Below are positions 1 through 13,565 of a stretch of DNA of 64,000 nt, one piece after another. Below the pieces are notes generated by a model. That model ran no database searches, had not been told where the DNA came from, and saw only the letters and a list, made by a program, of their open reading frames with translations. The stretch spans positions 172,982,001 to 173,046,000 of the forward strand of contig NC_086097.1 of the NCBI RefSeq assembly GCF_963921235.1, given 5' to 3'. Source of the stretch: Mobula hypostoma. Lineage: Eukaryota. Position numbers and translations under genes: made by a program. The first letter of the stretch is position 1. Each line of letters begins with the position of its first letter.

Positions 1-1449
1 TTGAGAGCCCTTATACTGTAGGTTATTGCAAGAAGAATTGTCACTTGGTAGGGCAAATCAACAGAGGCAAGACTGAGGAAAGTGTCTGATTTTATTAATT
101 TCTCAGCCTATGGGGATGGTTGGCAAAGCTACCACTTTCCTAAATGTGCCCAGCACTGAGTGAACTATTTTGAAGAGCAGTCCCACATTGCGGGGTCTGG
201 AGTCGAACAGTCACCGAAGATTTTTCCATCTTAGAAAAATTACTGAACTGAATGTGTTTTCATTACTAGGAATAGCTTTTATCACTTCACATTTATTTAA
301 TTAACTGAATTTAAACTCCCCAGATGCCATGGTGGGATTTGAACTCATGTCAATTCTTACCTTCAAACTGCTATTCCAGTAACTTAACCAGTATGCTTCC
401 ATTCCCAGCAGTGATGTATTGACAGGTGATCAATGTGAACAAAGTTGTATAAATATGGAGTCAAGATTGGAATTTAAGCAGTAAGCATGGTGGGGAAATA
501 CTCTTCAGAAACAGTCCAGCTGGGAAAAGTCATTAATGGAGCACAACAAAGTGAGGCTCTTAAGTCAAATGAGATGGCAAGCCTAGAGAACTGAATCAAT
601 TACATTCAATGGTCAAGGTGGAGCTTTATAGTCTCAGATGTTTTGTTTATTTTTCCTACTTCAGGATATTAAATAAGCTGTGCAAGAGACCATGGTAGTT
701 CAACAGACATATGATGTTAAAAGGATCAGGACTAATGGACCTAATGTCCTTTAGTCTCAGTCACATTTTGTATGTTTTTACAGACTACATGCTTAAAAAT
801 CCTTTATCTGCTTGTTCCCTACTTAGAGATAACAGCACTTATCCTGAAATGATTGGATGTATTAGACACCCCCTTACAATGGAAAATGAATAAATAGATT
901 GCATTATATTTTTCTCTACATCAAAAGGGATTATACATTTCACATTTCATTAGAATGGCAGACAGCAAAACGCTAATCTCTACTTGTAAAATTTATCACC
1001 TTCATTATAAATTGAGGATAGCTTGGAATTTTAAAATACAGTGCACTATAAACTGGAATGCTTTGGAATATTTTCGTCTTGAAGACCTCGTCTGCTAATA
1101 CAAAAATATTTTGTTTTGTAGCTTTGAATCTAATCAACATGCAAATTATCTCATAACACAGCCAATAATTGATAATTTGCCTTAAGAACCAATTTTATCA
1201 TCACTGAAATTTTAATTGGTTTGTTACCAATAAAAAAATTACAATTTTTCCTACAACCAAACAAGAAATCTCAACTTGGGAGATATGTTTAATTCATTAT
1301 AGGCAATAAAAAAATTCAAATCAGACATTTGTTATATTGTTACATTTGAGAATAGAAAATCAAAATTATTAAATGTGGTTGTTCATGAATGTATCTTTAA
1401 AAGTAAAAAAAAGTCAGCATTAACAGCAAACACTAATTGAGTAACTGAG

Positions 1450-1642
1450 TTCTCTCCTATTAAATTCCTTCTTTTTCAGCCATATCACTTCCATCACCTC
1501 ATCTCACTTATTACCTGCTGGGTATACTCTTTCCCTTTGCCCCTCCACCTTCTTTTTCTGGCTTCTGACCCCTTCCTTTCCAGCCCTGATGATGTATCTT
1601 GGTCTGAAACATCAACTGTTTATACTCCTTCATAGATGTTGC
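1450..1642 (+). mobile_element. Older PLE terminal repeat with degenerate hammerhead, split by the younger PLE; resumes at ~3191-3270
   Basis: cagccCTGATGA...tctGAAAcatcaactg at 1581-1618; continues after the insert as gatgctgcctgacttgctca...cagcatctgc. Confidence 0.7.
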
Positions 1643-1696
1643 ACTCACAACACGCTGGAAGAACTCAGCAGGTCGGACAGCATCCGTGGAAACAAT

Positions 1697-1734
1697 CAGT
1701 CAATGTTTCGGGCCGGAACCCTTCGTCAGGACTG
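1697..1734 (-). ncRNA. Hammerhead ribozyme motif, inverted copy
   Basis: Reverse complement of the 3060-3097 motif. Confidence 0.78.
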
Positions 1735-1892
1735 TAGGGGGAAGGGGCAGAGGCCCTATAAAAAAGGTGGGGGGGGAGGGTGGGAAGGAGAAGGCTGGTA
1801 GGTGCCAGGTGAAAAACCAGTAAGGGGAAAGATAAAGGGGTGGGGGAGGGGAAGCAGGGAGGTGACAGGCAGGAAAGGAGAAGAAGGAATAG

Positions 1893-2796
1893 GGGAGACA
1901 GACTGTCCACTGACATCTTCTACAAGCCCACTGACTCTCATAACTACCTCGACTATACCTCTTCCCACACTGCCACATGCAAAAATGCCATTCCCTATTC
2001 CCAGTTCCTCTGTCTCTGCCGCACCTGCTCCCAGGATGAGGTTTTCCGTTCCAGGACATCTCAAGTGTCCTCTTTCTTTAAGGATCGTGGTTTCCCTTCT
2101 GCCATCATCAATGATGCCCTCACCCGCATCTCCTCCATTTCCCACACTTCGGCCCTCACCCCACCCTCTCGCCACCACAACAGGGACAGAGTTACCCTTG
2201 TCCTCACCTACCACCCCACCAGCCTCCGGATCCAGCACGTTATCCTCCGCAACTTCCGCCACCTTCAACAGGACCCCACCACTAAGCACATCTTTCCCTT
2301 TCCACCCCTCTCCACTTTCCGCAGGGATCGGTCCCTCCACGACTCCCTGATCCACACGTCCCTCCCCACGGATCTCCCACCTGGCACTTATCCCTGCAAG
2401 CATAAGTGCTACACCTGTCCCTACACCTCCTCTCTTGCCACCGTACAGGGCCCCAAACAGTCCTTCCAGGTGAGGCAACACTTCACTTGTGAGTCTGTTG
2501 GGGTCATCTATTGCATCCGGTGCTCCCGGTGCGGCCTCCTCTACATCGGTGAAACCCAACGCAGATTGGGGGACCACTTTGTCGAGCACCTCCGCTCCGT
2601 CCGCCACAACAGACAGGATCTCCCGGTTGCCACCCACTTCAACTCTGCTTCACATTTCCATTCGGATATGTCCATACACAGCCTCCTCTACTGCCATGAT
2701 GAGGCTAAACTCAGGTTGGAGGAGCGACAACTCATATACTGCTTAGGTAGTCTCCAGCCACTTGGTATGAACATAGAATTCTCCAACTTCCGGTAA
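1893..2796 (+). pseudogene. PLE ORF fragment: RT thumb plus GIY-YIG endonuclease (open frame, N-terminus missing)
   Basis: ORF 1840..2796 contains STDIFYKPTDSHNYLDY and YPCKHKCYTC, then VIYCIRCSRCGLLYIGET..RL..H (GIY-YIG motif with the PLE-type CxxC). Confidence 0.9.
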
Positions 2797-3059
2797 TTCT
2801 CTCCCCCTCACTTCCCCTATCCCTATGTCATTCTGTCCCTCCCCCAGCTGCCTATCACCTCCCTCATGGTTCCGCCTCCTTCTACTACCCATTGTGTTTT
2901 CCCCTATTCTTTCTTCACCTTTCCTGCCTGTCACCTCCCTGCCTCCCTTCCCTCACCCCTCTATCTTTCCCCTTACTGGTTTTTCACCTGGAACCTACCA
3001 GCCTTCTCCTTCCCACCCTCCCCCCACCTTCTTTATAGGGCCTCTGCCCCTTCCCTCTT

Positions 3060-3097
3060 CAGTCCTGACGAAGGGTTCCGGCCCGAAACATTGACTG
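3060..3097 (+). ncRNA. Minimal type I hammerhead ribozyme motif in PLE terminal repeat
   Basis: cagtc CTGACGA a gggttccggccc GAAAc att gactg. Stem I cagtc/gactg, stem II gggt/gccc, intact CUGANGA and GAAA boxes; stem III variant (ATT instead of GTC). Confidence 0.8.
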
Positions 3098-3447
3098 ATC
3101 GTTTCCACGGATGCTGCCCGACCTGCTGAGTTCCTCCAGCGTGTTCTGAGTGTTGCTTTGACCCCAGCAGCTGCAGAGTATTTTGTGTTTTACCTCCATA
3201 GATGCTGCCTGACTTGCTCAGTTTGTGTGTGTTGCTCAAGTTTTACAGCATCTGCGGAATCTCATGTCTACTAATTGTCTACTAATGATAGGAATTGTAA
3301 AACCATTATAGCTCTCTCCACCTAACTTCAATGTGGTAATTATCTTAACAAAAACTAACAAAACTTCTGAGGAATCCTGATTGAAATTATCATGACAAAA
3401 TCAGTTTAAACATGATATCTTGCACACCAGAGATAAATTTAGTTGGC

Positions 3448-3875
3448 TCCATCTTGGGTCCTAGCCTACAAAGTGCCCAGGACATCTTGCAGGAGCAGCG
3501 TCCAATATTAAGGATCTCCAGCACCCAGGGCATGCCCTTTTCTCACTGTTACCATCAGGTGGGAGGTACAGAAGCCTGAAGACACACACCCAGCGATTCA
3601 GGAACAGCTTCTTCCCCTCTAACATCTGATTTCTAAATGGACATTGAACCCTTGGACACTATCTTTTTTAAATATAAATTGTTTCTGTTTTTTTGCATGA
3701 TTTTTAATCTATTCAATATACATATACTGTAATTGATTTACTTATTTATTTTTTATTATTATTTTATTTTGTGTTTTTTTCTTCTATATTATGTATTGCA
3801 TTGAACTGCTGCTGCTAAGTTAACAAATTTCACGACACATGCCAGTAATAATAAACCTGATTCTGATTCTGATTC
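3448..3875 (+). mobile_element. Rex1/Babar-type LINE 3' fragment with (CTGATT)n tail
   Basis: Closely matches 54945-55364 and the 3' end of the RT-bearing copy at 55365-58138; ends aataaacctgattctgattctgattc. Confidence 0.75.
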
Positions 3876-3949
3876 AGTGTTGGGATGTTTTTCCCTTTTC
3901 CATTCTCATCAACCATCTCCTCTACTCCTGCATTTCTGCTCTCATCTCC

Positions 3950-4420
3950 CCTCCTCCATCATAGGAAAGAGAATGTGTCTGTCTTCTCTTCCCACCATCC
4001 TGAAACTCAAATGATTTTTCCAGTAATTCAATGAACTTCTCCCTATCACATTACTGCATTCTGTGCTCACAATGTTGTCTCCTTTACAGGATAGAAAACC
4101 ACTGTAGATTGAATAACCACTTCATGGAATTAATCTGTTTAGTTTGGTTAGAGTGCCCTCGAGTCACTGTTACTTTATTTCTCCAAACGTCTTCCCACTT
4201 GAACCTCTGTCTTTGATCTCCTCTTCTTAACGAAGCCGAGTATAAGCTCAAGGAATAGCACCTCATCTTCTGCCTAGGTACATTGCAGCCTTTGGGACTC
4301 AATAGTAAATTCAACCATTTCCGATAACCAGCCTATTCCGTTTGTGGCAGAACTGGCCAATTCTGAGGAAACATCACCTAGCTGGAACATTAATTCAGTT
4401 TTTCTCTATCCATGAATATT
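3950..4420 (+). mobile_element. Old degenerate PLE 3' fragment
   Basis: 4230-4322 resembles the GIY-YIG C-terminal coding end at 2700-2795 (aagctcaaggaatagcacctcatcttctgcctagg). Confidence 0.55.
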
Positions 4421-6559
4421 TCCAAATATCCCACAGACATCTACTACAAGCCCATAGATTCTCGGAACTGTCTGGGAAATGCTCCCTTCTGCAGATTTTC
4501 TTGTCTCTGTGGGATCTATGTTGTTTTTAAATTAATGCTTTGCTAACAAATCCGGGAGAAACTAGAACTATTCACAATACTACAATAGCAAAACTAGCTT
4601 TACAGGAACTTATGTCAGACAAAAGATTTCCTCACAGCATTCCTGCTTTGAATTTCACTGATGGTTTAGAAGTCACAATTTATGAACGTCCTTGGCATCC
4701 GCTTCTGTGCAGCTCACTAGAGTAGCACCATGCTGTGTTTTCTATGTACTGTGCCTTGTAATGTATGACCTTTCCATTCACATAAGCATCATATATCGAA
4801 AGAAATGCCACCAGACAGAGAAAGCGCTACTATGTCCAAGGGGGCTACACAGGAGTGAATACAAGACTATATTTTTTTGTAATGAAACCTTCACAAACAA
4901 TGAAGGAACTAAGTGCTCTTTAACAAGCTGTCCAAATACATTATTGCAGGCAAAATGATGATTAATTCCAATAGTAGCTTAATAGAGGATTAAACAGTAG
5001 AAAGTTAGACCAATAATGGTTCTGGTAACACACAAGGTTATTAGGGTGCTATGCTTAGTTATTGGGACTGACTGCATTTGAAACTTAAGTTCCTTTTTGG
5101 CGAGCTAACAACACATCCTTATTGAGGCTCTGTTGGACAAGGATTAGGGCATTTTAGCCAATTGTACAGAATAACAAAGAGAAAATTCTCACTCAATGCA
5201 GTTTTATTACACATGGCACAGAAGTAGAAAATAGACAAATAACTTTGCTCAAAAAGCAAGAAATTGTTAGTTCCTGCAGAAAAGAAGAAATAGAATGGAT
5301 TTTAACTGGTTGTTCAAAGTGGTGGAAGAGGTCGGAACTGAAAAAGAAAAAAGTTGAATATTGCTACTGAGGTAGTTGTGAAAAGTATCTCTCCTCCTTG
5401 AAAGAAAGTCTGAAAAATCAATTTAATTAAACACAAACTAATAAGGTCACCAATCTGGAATGCTGACTGTCCCCGGTGAATTTGCTCAACATATTCAACG
5501 GCGCACTATTAAAGTAAAAGAAAAAGGCTCTGTATGCTCAATACACTGTACAAGGTGGGTTAAATTCCCTGCCAGAAGTTCAGACAATTTATTATATCCT
5601 TAAACTTTTTTTTAAATACAGAAAACATTCCATCATGTGTTACTCCAAAACTGGTGCTTAAGATGTAACACATCTATTTTGAAGTTCACAACATTTAAGA
5701 AAACAATATAACATGGCCATACAAAACTTCAACTTCTGTCATTATTCAAGTAGGGAGTTGGGAAGCTTGGCAAGAGAACATGTACATGGCAGATAATCTG
5801 CAAAGTGACTTCGCAAGAGGTTAACAGGCCAATCCTTGTGAAAGGCTAACAGTGAAATAATCACTTGCAACAGGGTCATATAGTGAATGGGAGGATTTTT
5901 TTAAAAAGAAAGCAACACCCTATAATTGTGCAATGCCTGCATAAAATGAAACATGAGATGCTTACATTGAATAACTTCATTTTCTTTCCCACTGTAAGTA
6001 TGTGGTATCTGAGACCATTTTCCTAATTCATTTTATTCCCTGGTGGAAGTCAAGAATGAACTAGAGCCTTTGGGGCAGTCAGTGATTCCAAATGCACAGA
6101 TTATTTCCCATTTATCTTCAGATCTGGCTTAAATGTTCTGAAACTTCAGTAACTTGGCAAGTTTAGTATTATCAAGAGGAATAAAATAATTTCATAGCTA
6201 TGAAGTCATCTAACATTCCTCTAATCTAACACTCTGAAGGCTTGTCCACACTTGAGGCTTTAATTCCATCTTTCATCCACTATGAATTATTAAACACTTT
6301 ATTTAGCACAGAAACAATTATGTCCAAATGCCATGCTTAACCAAAAGTAAATATTGAAAATAATCTTTGTTGACTAACATTGTTGTGGCAATTCATTGTA
6401 GCACATGGTACCTATTATTCTATTCTCGTATTCTGATGGGATAATTTCTAAGTGCAAAATATTGGCAACTCCAAATTCTCAAATCAAATTTTAATAGTTC
6501 TATCACAATATAGTACTCTTGTGAATGTGTAAACACTTTCTTAGCTTCAGAAGCATGAG

Positions 6560-6688
6560 ATAATCTGCAGATGCTGGAGATTCAAAGCAACACATACAAA
6601 ATGCCGGAGGAACTCAGCAGGCTATGCAGCATTTATGGAGAAAAGTTAAATACTCGACATTTTGGGCCAAGACCCTTCATCAGGACTC
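6560..6688 (-). mobile_element. Short PLE terminal-repeat insertion with degenerate hammerhead
   Basis: Minus strand reads gtcCTGATGAagggtcttggcccaaaatgtcga, followed by the shared gctgagttcctcc...cagcatctgcag tail. Confidence 0.75.
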
Positions 6689-7837
6689 TGCCTTAGTTTT
6701 ATTACTTTCCCTAATTAAAATTCAGATATGTATTTGCTTCCTCATACCTGTGATCAACTGCTTTTGACTCAGTTTTCCAAATAATCAACTAGTCCCAACA
6801 TATTAAAAAAAGAATCTCTACATTTATATAGTACCTGGTGGGGCAAGAAGAAATCTGAATTTTTCAAATAAAGGACAGTGAATATCTCGAACGAGCTGCC
6901 AGAGGAAGTGATAGAGGCAGATACAAATGCCTTGTTCAGAAGATATTTAGAAAGGTACTTGGATAGGAAAGGTATAGAAGGATGTAAGTAAATGGGATTA
7001 TCTCAAATGAATATGGATGACGTGGGCAGAAAGGGGTAATTTCTGTACATTTTTAAGATCCTTTATTACCACAGGGTACCCTGATGTGATTTATGATTTA
7101 TACAGCTAACAAGTTATGCTTGTGGTGAAGACACTGTGGAAATGAAGAAAGTCTCTCAAGACAATTTATATGTAATGGGCTGCCCCAAAAATGGAATGTA
7201 ATAATGATAACATAATCACTTTCTTTTAATAATGTTAATTAAGAGATAAATACAGGCCAGGGCACCAGGAAGAACTTCAAAAGTAACAGGGTAAAATAGA
7301 AGCGGGGGAGGGACTTCTGATCTATAGTCATTGACCTGAAGCAATTAACTCCATTATTTCTCTGTGGAAGCTGACTGACACTCCAAGTGTTTCTATTTTT
7401 ATACTCATCTTTGGGATGTATCTTCTAAACTGAATAGAATTCAGATTTTAAATGATCTTGCTGCTGTCATTTTTATTATTCTTCTTGACCTATTATTGCT
7501 GCCTATGATCTTCCAGAAACGCAGCATTCCCATTTGTTTTTCTCCCGTCATCCCATTACTTCTCTCACTGCCGCTACACTTGCTTTGAAACTGTATCATC
7601 CCCAACATTTTCTAGTTTTATTACAAGTCTTTGACCTGAAACATTAATTTAATTTCTATTCCCACGCCTGTGTGCACATATGTTCTCTGTTTTATTATTT
7701 TTGACTGCCATCTGAGGTGTTGCGCTGGATCATGGTGATGGGCAGTTGGCAGTTCTAGCTGCAGCATGTGGTTTGCCACGTTCTAGATTTTTTACTGGAA
7801 CACTGTAGCACAGAGGTATAGAACACATTGGAACCAT

Positions 7838-8047
7838 CTGCTGGGGGAACTCAACAGATTGAGCAGTATCTGTAAGAGGAAAGGAACTGTCCATATTTCA
7901 GGTCAAAATCCTGCATCAGGACTCAGTGCAGGTCAAACTGAAACATTGACATTTCCTCTCCTCCCACAACATGCTGCTCAACACGTTGAGTTCCAAAAGC
8001 AGATTGTTTGATGCCCTACATTCCAGCACCTCAGCCTCTTGTGTCTC
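7838..8047. mobile_element. Older palindromic PLE-derived mini-element
   Basis: Inverted arms (gaactcaacagattgagcagtatctgt / acaacatgctgctcaacacgttgagttc) around a degenerate hammerhead at ~7890-7950. Confidence 0.6.
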
Positions 8048-8639
8048 CATGGAACACACTGGAAACCAGATGTGGGTGCACCTGACCTCTCTGTCCACCC
8101 ATGGACCCAGAGCTGAGTCCAGGTTTTTTTGTAACATATTGATACCACTTGTAACTTGCCCCATCTAGAAATGTCAATCTTTACTAAAAGGTTAAGTGAA
8201 GATTAGTATGGGTATTAACTTCATTTGTTATTAACATTAATGTTTAAAATATTTCTACAAAATATATTGTAAGTAAATTTAGTACTTTTTATTGTTTTTA
8301 CTAGTATTGTTTAATTTTATTTAGTTACTGAAATGTTTTTCCATCATTTCTCAATAACTCTGATCATCAGATTCACTCAGATACATTGGGAAATGCTTTG
8401 GCTAGCCAAGTTGTCAGAGAGCCAGTAAGTCTGGGTGGAGATATCGCATCACCCACCAGTTGTATAGTTCCACCTGCATCCCTTTCTACTTCAAGAAGGG
8501 CTAGGACTATGTCACAGATTGTTAGGAACCTTGTGACTAGTGAGCTAGTAAGATTGGTGAAAGAAAGATACCAACTGTCTTGGGAAAGCAGCCAACATAA
8601 TCAGGCCTCCAGGTACAAGTAAAATCTATCCATCTGAGT

Positions 8640-9253
8640 GAATAGTTTCAAGTTTCTGGGCATCAACATCTCAGAGAATCTATCCTGGGCCCAACACACT
8701 GATCACATCATGAACAAAGCTACATTTCGTTAGGAGCTTGAGGAGATTTGATATGGCACCAAAGACTTGAGCAATTTCTACATATGTACCATGGACAGCA
8801 TTCCAACTAGTTGTAACACTTGTCTGGTTATGGAGGCTACAATGCACAGGGTCAAAGGAGGCTGCAGAGGATTGTAGACTCAACCAGCTCCATCATGGGC
8901 ACTAACCTCCCCACCGCTGAGGACATTTTTAGAACGAGACACCTCAAATAGGTGACATTTATCATTAAGGACCCTTACCATCCACAACATGCCTTCTCTT
9001 CTCATTATTACCACCAGGGAAGAGATACAGGAGCCTGAAGATGCACACTCAACATTTTAGGAACAGCTTCATCCCCTCTACGAACAGATTTCTCAGCCCA
9101 TGATCTCTCCGTCACTATTTTGTTCTTTTTTAACACCATTTATTAAAATATTTATTTTTGTATCTTATAGTATTTTATGTATTTCAGTGCACTGCTGCCA
9201 CAAAACAACAAATTTCACAAGGTGTCAGTGATAATAAACCTGAATCTGATTCT
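8640..9253 (+). mobile_element. Rex1/Babar LINE 3' fragment
   Basis: FKFLGINISENLSWAQH-type coding remnant; tail aataaacctgaatctgattctg. Confidence 0.75.
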
Positions 9254-10382
9254 GTTATATAATGTATTGAATGGACCTCATATGACAAAGATGAACTCTT
9301 AATCACTCAATCTACCTTCTCATGGTTCTTGTACCCTATTTGGCTACCTGCACTGAACCTTCTCTACCAGTGTAACACTACGGTCTGCATTCCATTATTG
9401 TTTTCCTTTTGTACTACCTTAGCATACTTAGGTAGGGAACGATCTGTCTGGATGACACACAAACAGAACCTTTTTCATTTTATCTCAGTGCATGTGACAA
9501 TAATAAACCAGTTACCAATACTTTTTCATTCATGGCATATCCAGAAAGTCTCAAAATGATTTGAAAGTATAGAGTAGTGGTCGATTTATACAGTGAACTT
9601 CAGTAAAACGAAATGGACTTGGAGAGGAGGTGCTATCTGAGTGACATAAAAAATGAGTCATTATAAGGAAGATGAGTAAGTGGGAGAGAAGCTTTGAGAC
9701 TCCGTGGCAGGGAGAAGCTCTCGCACTTGATCTGAATTCAATCATCTGTTTTTCCAGTTCCTTTCAGAAACTTACGTTGAGAACTAAAGTCAGAAAATCT
9801 TCACAGTTACGCTGTCGGGTTCAAGCAGGACTGGTACATATGAACATACTCCCCATAAATGCAATTGTCACAGATAGATTGCTTAAAAATGAAACGAATT
9901 ACAAATACTTTTGTGAAACGTACAATATGTCACTGCCTCATGCTTGATAACACTTCTTAAAAACTTTACATAACTAAGTTTGATAAATACGTTTCCTTTC
10001 ACAATCTCCTTTTAACAACGATGACAGGTTTTCCAGGGAGAGAGAAGGCAAGAACACTCATTACTGTTATACAGCAGTCAGGAGGAAAATGACAATCTTA
10101 CATCTTAAGGGCAGAATAAAGAAAAGTTACTTATGGCCCTTAAAGCTGGTTCCTTAGCTTAACTTGTTAGGAGCATTAGGGATAAGCACCTCTTTGTTTT
10201 TAGCAGTCTTTAACTGAATTGTAACAGAGGCAGCTGGTGTATCAGCAACACTCTACAAATAAAAAGCTTGCTTTAAACTTACAACTGTAATTAATAGTTC
10301 AAGGCACCTGCTGTTACTATTACTGTTTATTTCTGAGAGAGAGATGCCAAACAATAATTCAGAAATTGTCATTTTGTAATAC

Positions 10383-10544
10383 CTGCGGGGACTTGTGGGA
10401 ACGCCAACTGTACTGATGGCTATGCTGGCTAGACAATAGAACATTTTCATCAGTATCCACCTGGCCAAACCGCAATGTCTCCTGGGTGTCGTTACATATC
10501 ACGAAGTGGCTGAAGACCAATTCCTCTGCCTCTGGATGTTGGTT
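10383..10544 (-). CDS. VPS13B: VPS13B internal coding exon (162 nt, phase 0 to 0)
   Basis: Hand translation: NQHPEAEELVFSHFVICNDTQETLRFGQVDTDENVLLSSQHSHQYSWRSHKSPQ. Acceptor ctctgttccag, donor CAG|gtatta. Confidence 0.94.
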
Positions 10545-12443
10545 CTGGAACAGAGAACATCAGCACACATTAGATCAGCCCCAAGGATGATTAGCAGTCA
10601 TGTACCTAAGTGGTAAATGCTGCAGCTTTTGAAAGCCAAAGGATATGAATACTCTGATTAATATTTCACGACTGACAAAAGCTGTTTACTGTCAACACCA
10701 GCACTTCAAATTCTCTATGGTGCTTAAAAAAACAGTTGTTTTAAAAAAAATAAAGGAGCCTTCTGGAGATTGTGAGTCTAATATATAAACTGATTTAGAA
10801 CTTGCAGTTGGCAATGTCTTCAAAGCTTAACTTTAGATGACTCCAAACATAATCAGATCATAGCTCAGCATTCCAAAAGCACCAGAACTAAGATGTTCAA
10901 GCCTGAACAGAGCATTCAGTTTGACCAAAGTAATCAGTAAAGTGAACCAAACATTATTTTTGAATAGAGACAAGCACAAAGCATTAAAAACATAAGGTAC
11001 AGTGTGATGCAAGAAAAGTAACTTAGCAGAAAAAATAGGGGAAGATAATTAAAAAAGTAATATCAAACATCCTTATTATATGTTCATGTGAGATAAGCAG
11101 AAAAGAACCACAGAACTGCAAATGAGGATTAAAGAAAGCTTTTGTGTTCCAGGACATGGTTCTGCAATTCAGTTCCTGGCTGCCGACTATTCAACTCTGC
11201 CTACCACACTTGGGAAAACTCTTGTAACCCAGCCTACAAGGATAACTTGATCCAGTGATCTATACTCACAGGAGCATGGCCTTGTGCTTTTGCAGGCCAA
11301 GCTTGGCCAGCTGCTCCCCATCCTCAAGAGAGAAAAATAGTAGATTTTAAAAACAAAGGGAAGAAACTCAACAAAAGAATCTAAGATACAGCTGCCATGA
11401 GAGGCCCTCAGCTACCCCATTACAGGTATATAAGAGCTGCCCAATACCAAATATACATCAATCTGTGAGCAGTGTCAGAGTGATTTTTGGGATCTAATCC
11501 AAAGTAATATGATTATAAACCTTCAGTGCTTGAGTAGCTGTTAACCAATATGGACATTATATTTTTCCACTGACATCAGTTCTCATTACCGAAAGAGAAG
11601 GACATTTCTGTAATATGCCAGAACTGCAAAAGAAATCTGGTCATTGCACACAAATTAGAGAGAAGCAATCACATGCAAGCACAACTTTAATTCTCAAGAC
11701 TCGATCCTAACTTTACTGCACGCGATACCTAGGCTGTCTTTATGACCAGATGCAAATAGGATAAATATAGGGGCTGTGTTCTTTATTATATGGAGATGTG
11801 ATAGAACAATTTTCAGTTTTAAAAGGAATGACTAAGGTATGCATGTAAATATTTTAATTACAGGCACCAAAATACTAAACTTTCCGAGATAAATATTGCA
11901 GAACAAAAGGGTAATGAGGAACTGGAATGAGCTGCCAGAGAAATGGTTCATGGAGAAGGGCTTGCAGGATTATAGGCTGATCCCAGGCAGCTGTTACTAG
12001 CAGGAAGGATGCTGGGGTCTGGATGAATTAGTTGGTCCAAGAAGAAAAAAAATGTTTCATACAAAACACAGAGGTTTGACACCTTCATTGGGTGATGACC
12101 TATGGAAATGAAATTCATTGCTGGCACAGAATATAATTTTACGATTCCATTTGCTGGGATTCCTCTGATTTTTTAAAAATTGAAATAATGGTGCCTGTTA
12201 TTTAAGAAGCTACCTCTATTAAATTTATGCCCTGTGGATTGATAACAACTAGGTCAAACCAGTGCTGCTCTCATTATAATGCTGTAAATGAAGTTTATGC
12301 TTGGTACATTAATATTGAAAGATATCATCTGTAGTAAAAAAATTAGAATACAGTTCTGTCAACAATTTAAGGATCTCTGCTCCAATGACCTCAGAAGTCA
12401 ATAATAGAAATGAGTTGTCATGGTTACCCTTGTGCTAACATAC

Positions 12444-12793
12444 CTGCTTCCAAGCACGGATTGCTGTGTCCAATGAATGGATTGCATGCTGCCCCACATT
12501 GATAAACACAGGATCAATAAACACGTTTCCATCCAATAGTTGCTCCACAGAGCTGTTGCTGATGGCCACTTGTCCATGAAGAATGAAGGGTTTTATAATG
12601 TTGAGCATGGTGAGGTTGCGGTATTCCAGCAAGTTACATTTGACAGTGGTGGAGAACTGGAATTCCTGGCAGACTGGTCCGTCAGACCACTGACGCAAGT
12701 AGACATTTGGATTTTTCAGAGAAATCACCATGTATTCTTGCTCAGAAGGCAACTTTCTATCAGGCATGAATGTCTGGAGGCAGCTGGGTTGAG
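12444..12793 (-). CDS. VPS13B: VPS13B internal coding exon (350 nt, phase 1 to 0)
   Basis: Lies within ORF 12435..12830: QPSCLQTFMPDRK...VYLRQWSDGPVCQE...VFINVGQHAIHSLDTAIRAWKQ. Acceptor ttataccacag, donor CAG|gtatgt. Confidence 0.93.
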
Positions 12794-12896
12794 CTGTGGT
12801 ATAAAATAAATATTTCAAGTAATCATGCAAGAAGGGAGAGCCATAATCTTACTCAGTGTGACTAAAGCTTCACAACAAAGTGTTTGACTTAAACAC

Positions 12897-13565
12897 TTGA
12901 GCAGTTTCAAGTTCTTGAGTATCAACATCTCTGAAGATCTAACCTGGGCCCAACATATTGATGCAATTACAAAGAAGGCACAACAGTGGCTACATTTTTT
13001 AAGGAGTTTGAGGAGACTTGGTATGTCACCAAAGACTCTGGGAAATCTCTACAGATGTGCAGCGGAGAGCATTCTAACTGTTTGCGTCACTATCTGGTAT
13101 AGAGGGGCCACTGCACAGGATCAGAAAACGCTGCAAAAAGTTGTAAACTCAGCCAGCTCCATCACAGATACTAGCCCCCATGCCCCCGCCCCCAGCATTG
13201 AGGATACCTTCAAGAGGTGGCATACATCATCAAGGACTCCCCCCCCCCCCACCCCCACCATCACCCTGGACATGCCCTCTTTTCATTGCTACCATCAAGG
13301 AGGTACAAGAGTCCGAAGACAATGTTTCACTCAATGTTTTAGCAACAGCTTCTACCCTCTCCACCATCAGATTTCTGAATGGACAATGAACCCATGTACA
13401 GTACACAACTTCCCTATTTTTTCTCTCCTTTTGCACTACTTATTTAATTCAATTTTTATTTATATTTCTTATTGTAACTTATAGTATTTTATTACTATCA
13501 TGTACTGCTGCTACAAAACAAATTTTATGATATATGCCAATAATGTGAAACCTGATTCTGATTCT
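12897..13565 (+). mobile_element. Rex1/Babar LINE 3' fragment
   Basis: ORF SSFKFLSINISEDLTWAQHIDAITKKAQQWLHFLRSLRR...ESILT; CTGATT tail. Confidence 0.85.

Larger units (their letters stand above)
1643..3190 (+). mobile_element. 5'-truncated Penelope-like retroelement with an inverted copy of its terminal repeat at the 5' end
   Basis: 1643-1896 is the reverse complement of ~2898-3150. The forward part encodes the RT C-terminus and a GIY-YIG domain, followed by a pyrimidine-rich 3' repeat. Imperfect TSD cctYcatagatg. Confidence 0.92.

Noticed and set aside
1756..2637. 293-aa minus-strand ORF and 182-aa alternative-frame ORF
   Set aside because: Shadows of the PLE coding frame with no recognisable motifs.
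1..10382. Next downstream VPS13B exon (expected LLHICIEGWGNWRWSEPF-like)
   Set aside because: Not found by eye; probably beyond the window, although it could have been missed.
12540..12809. 89-aa plus-strand ORF
   Set aside because: Antisense shadow of a VPS13B exon.
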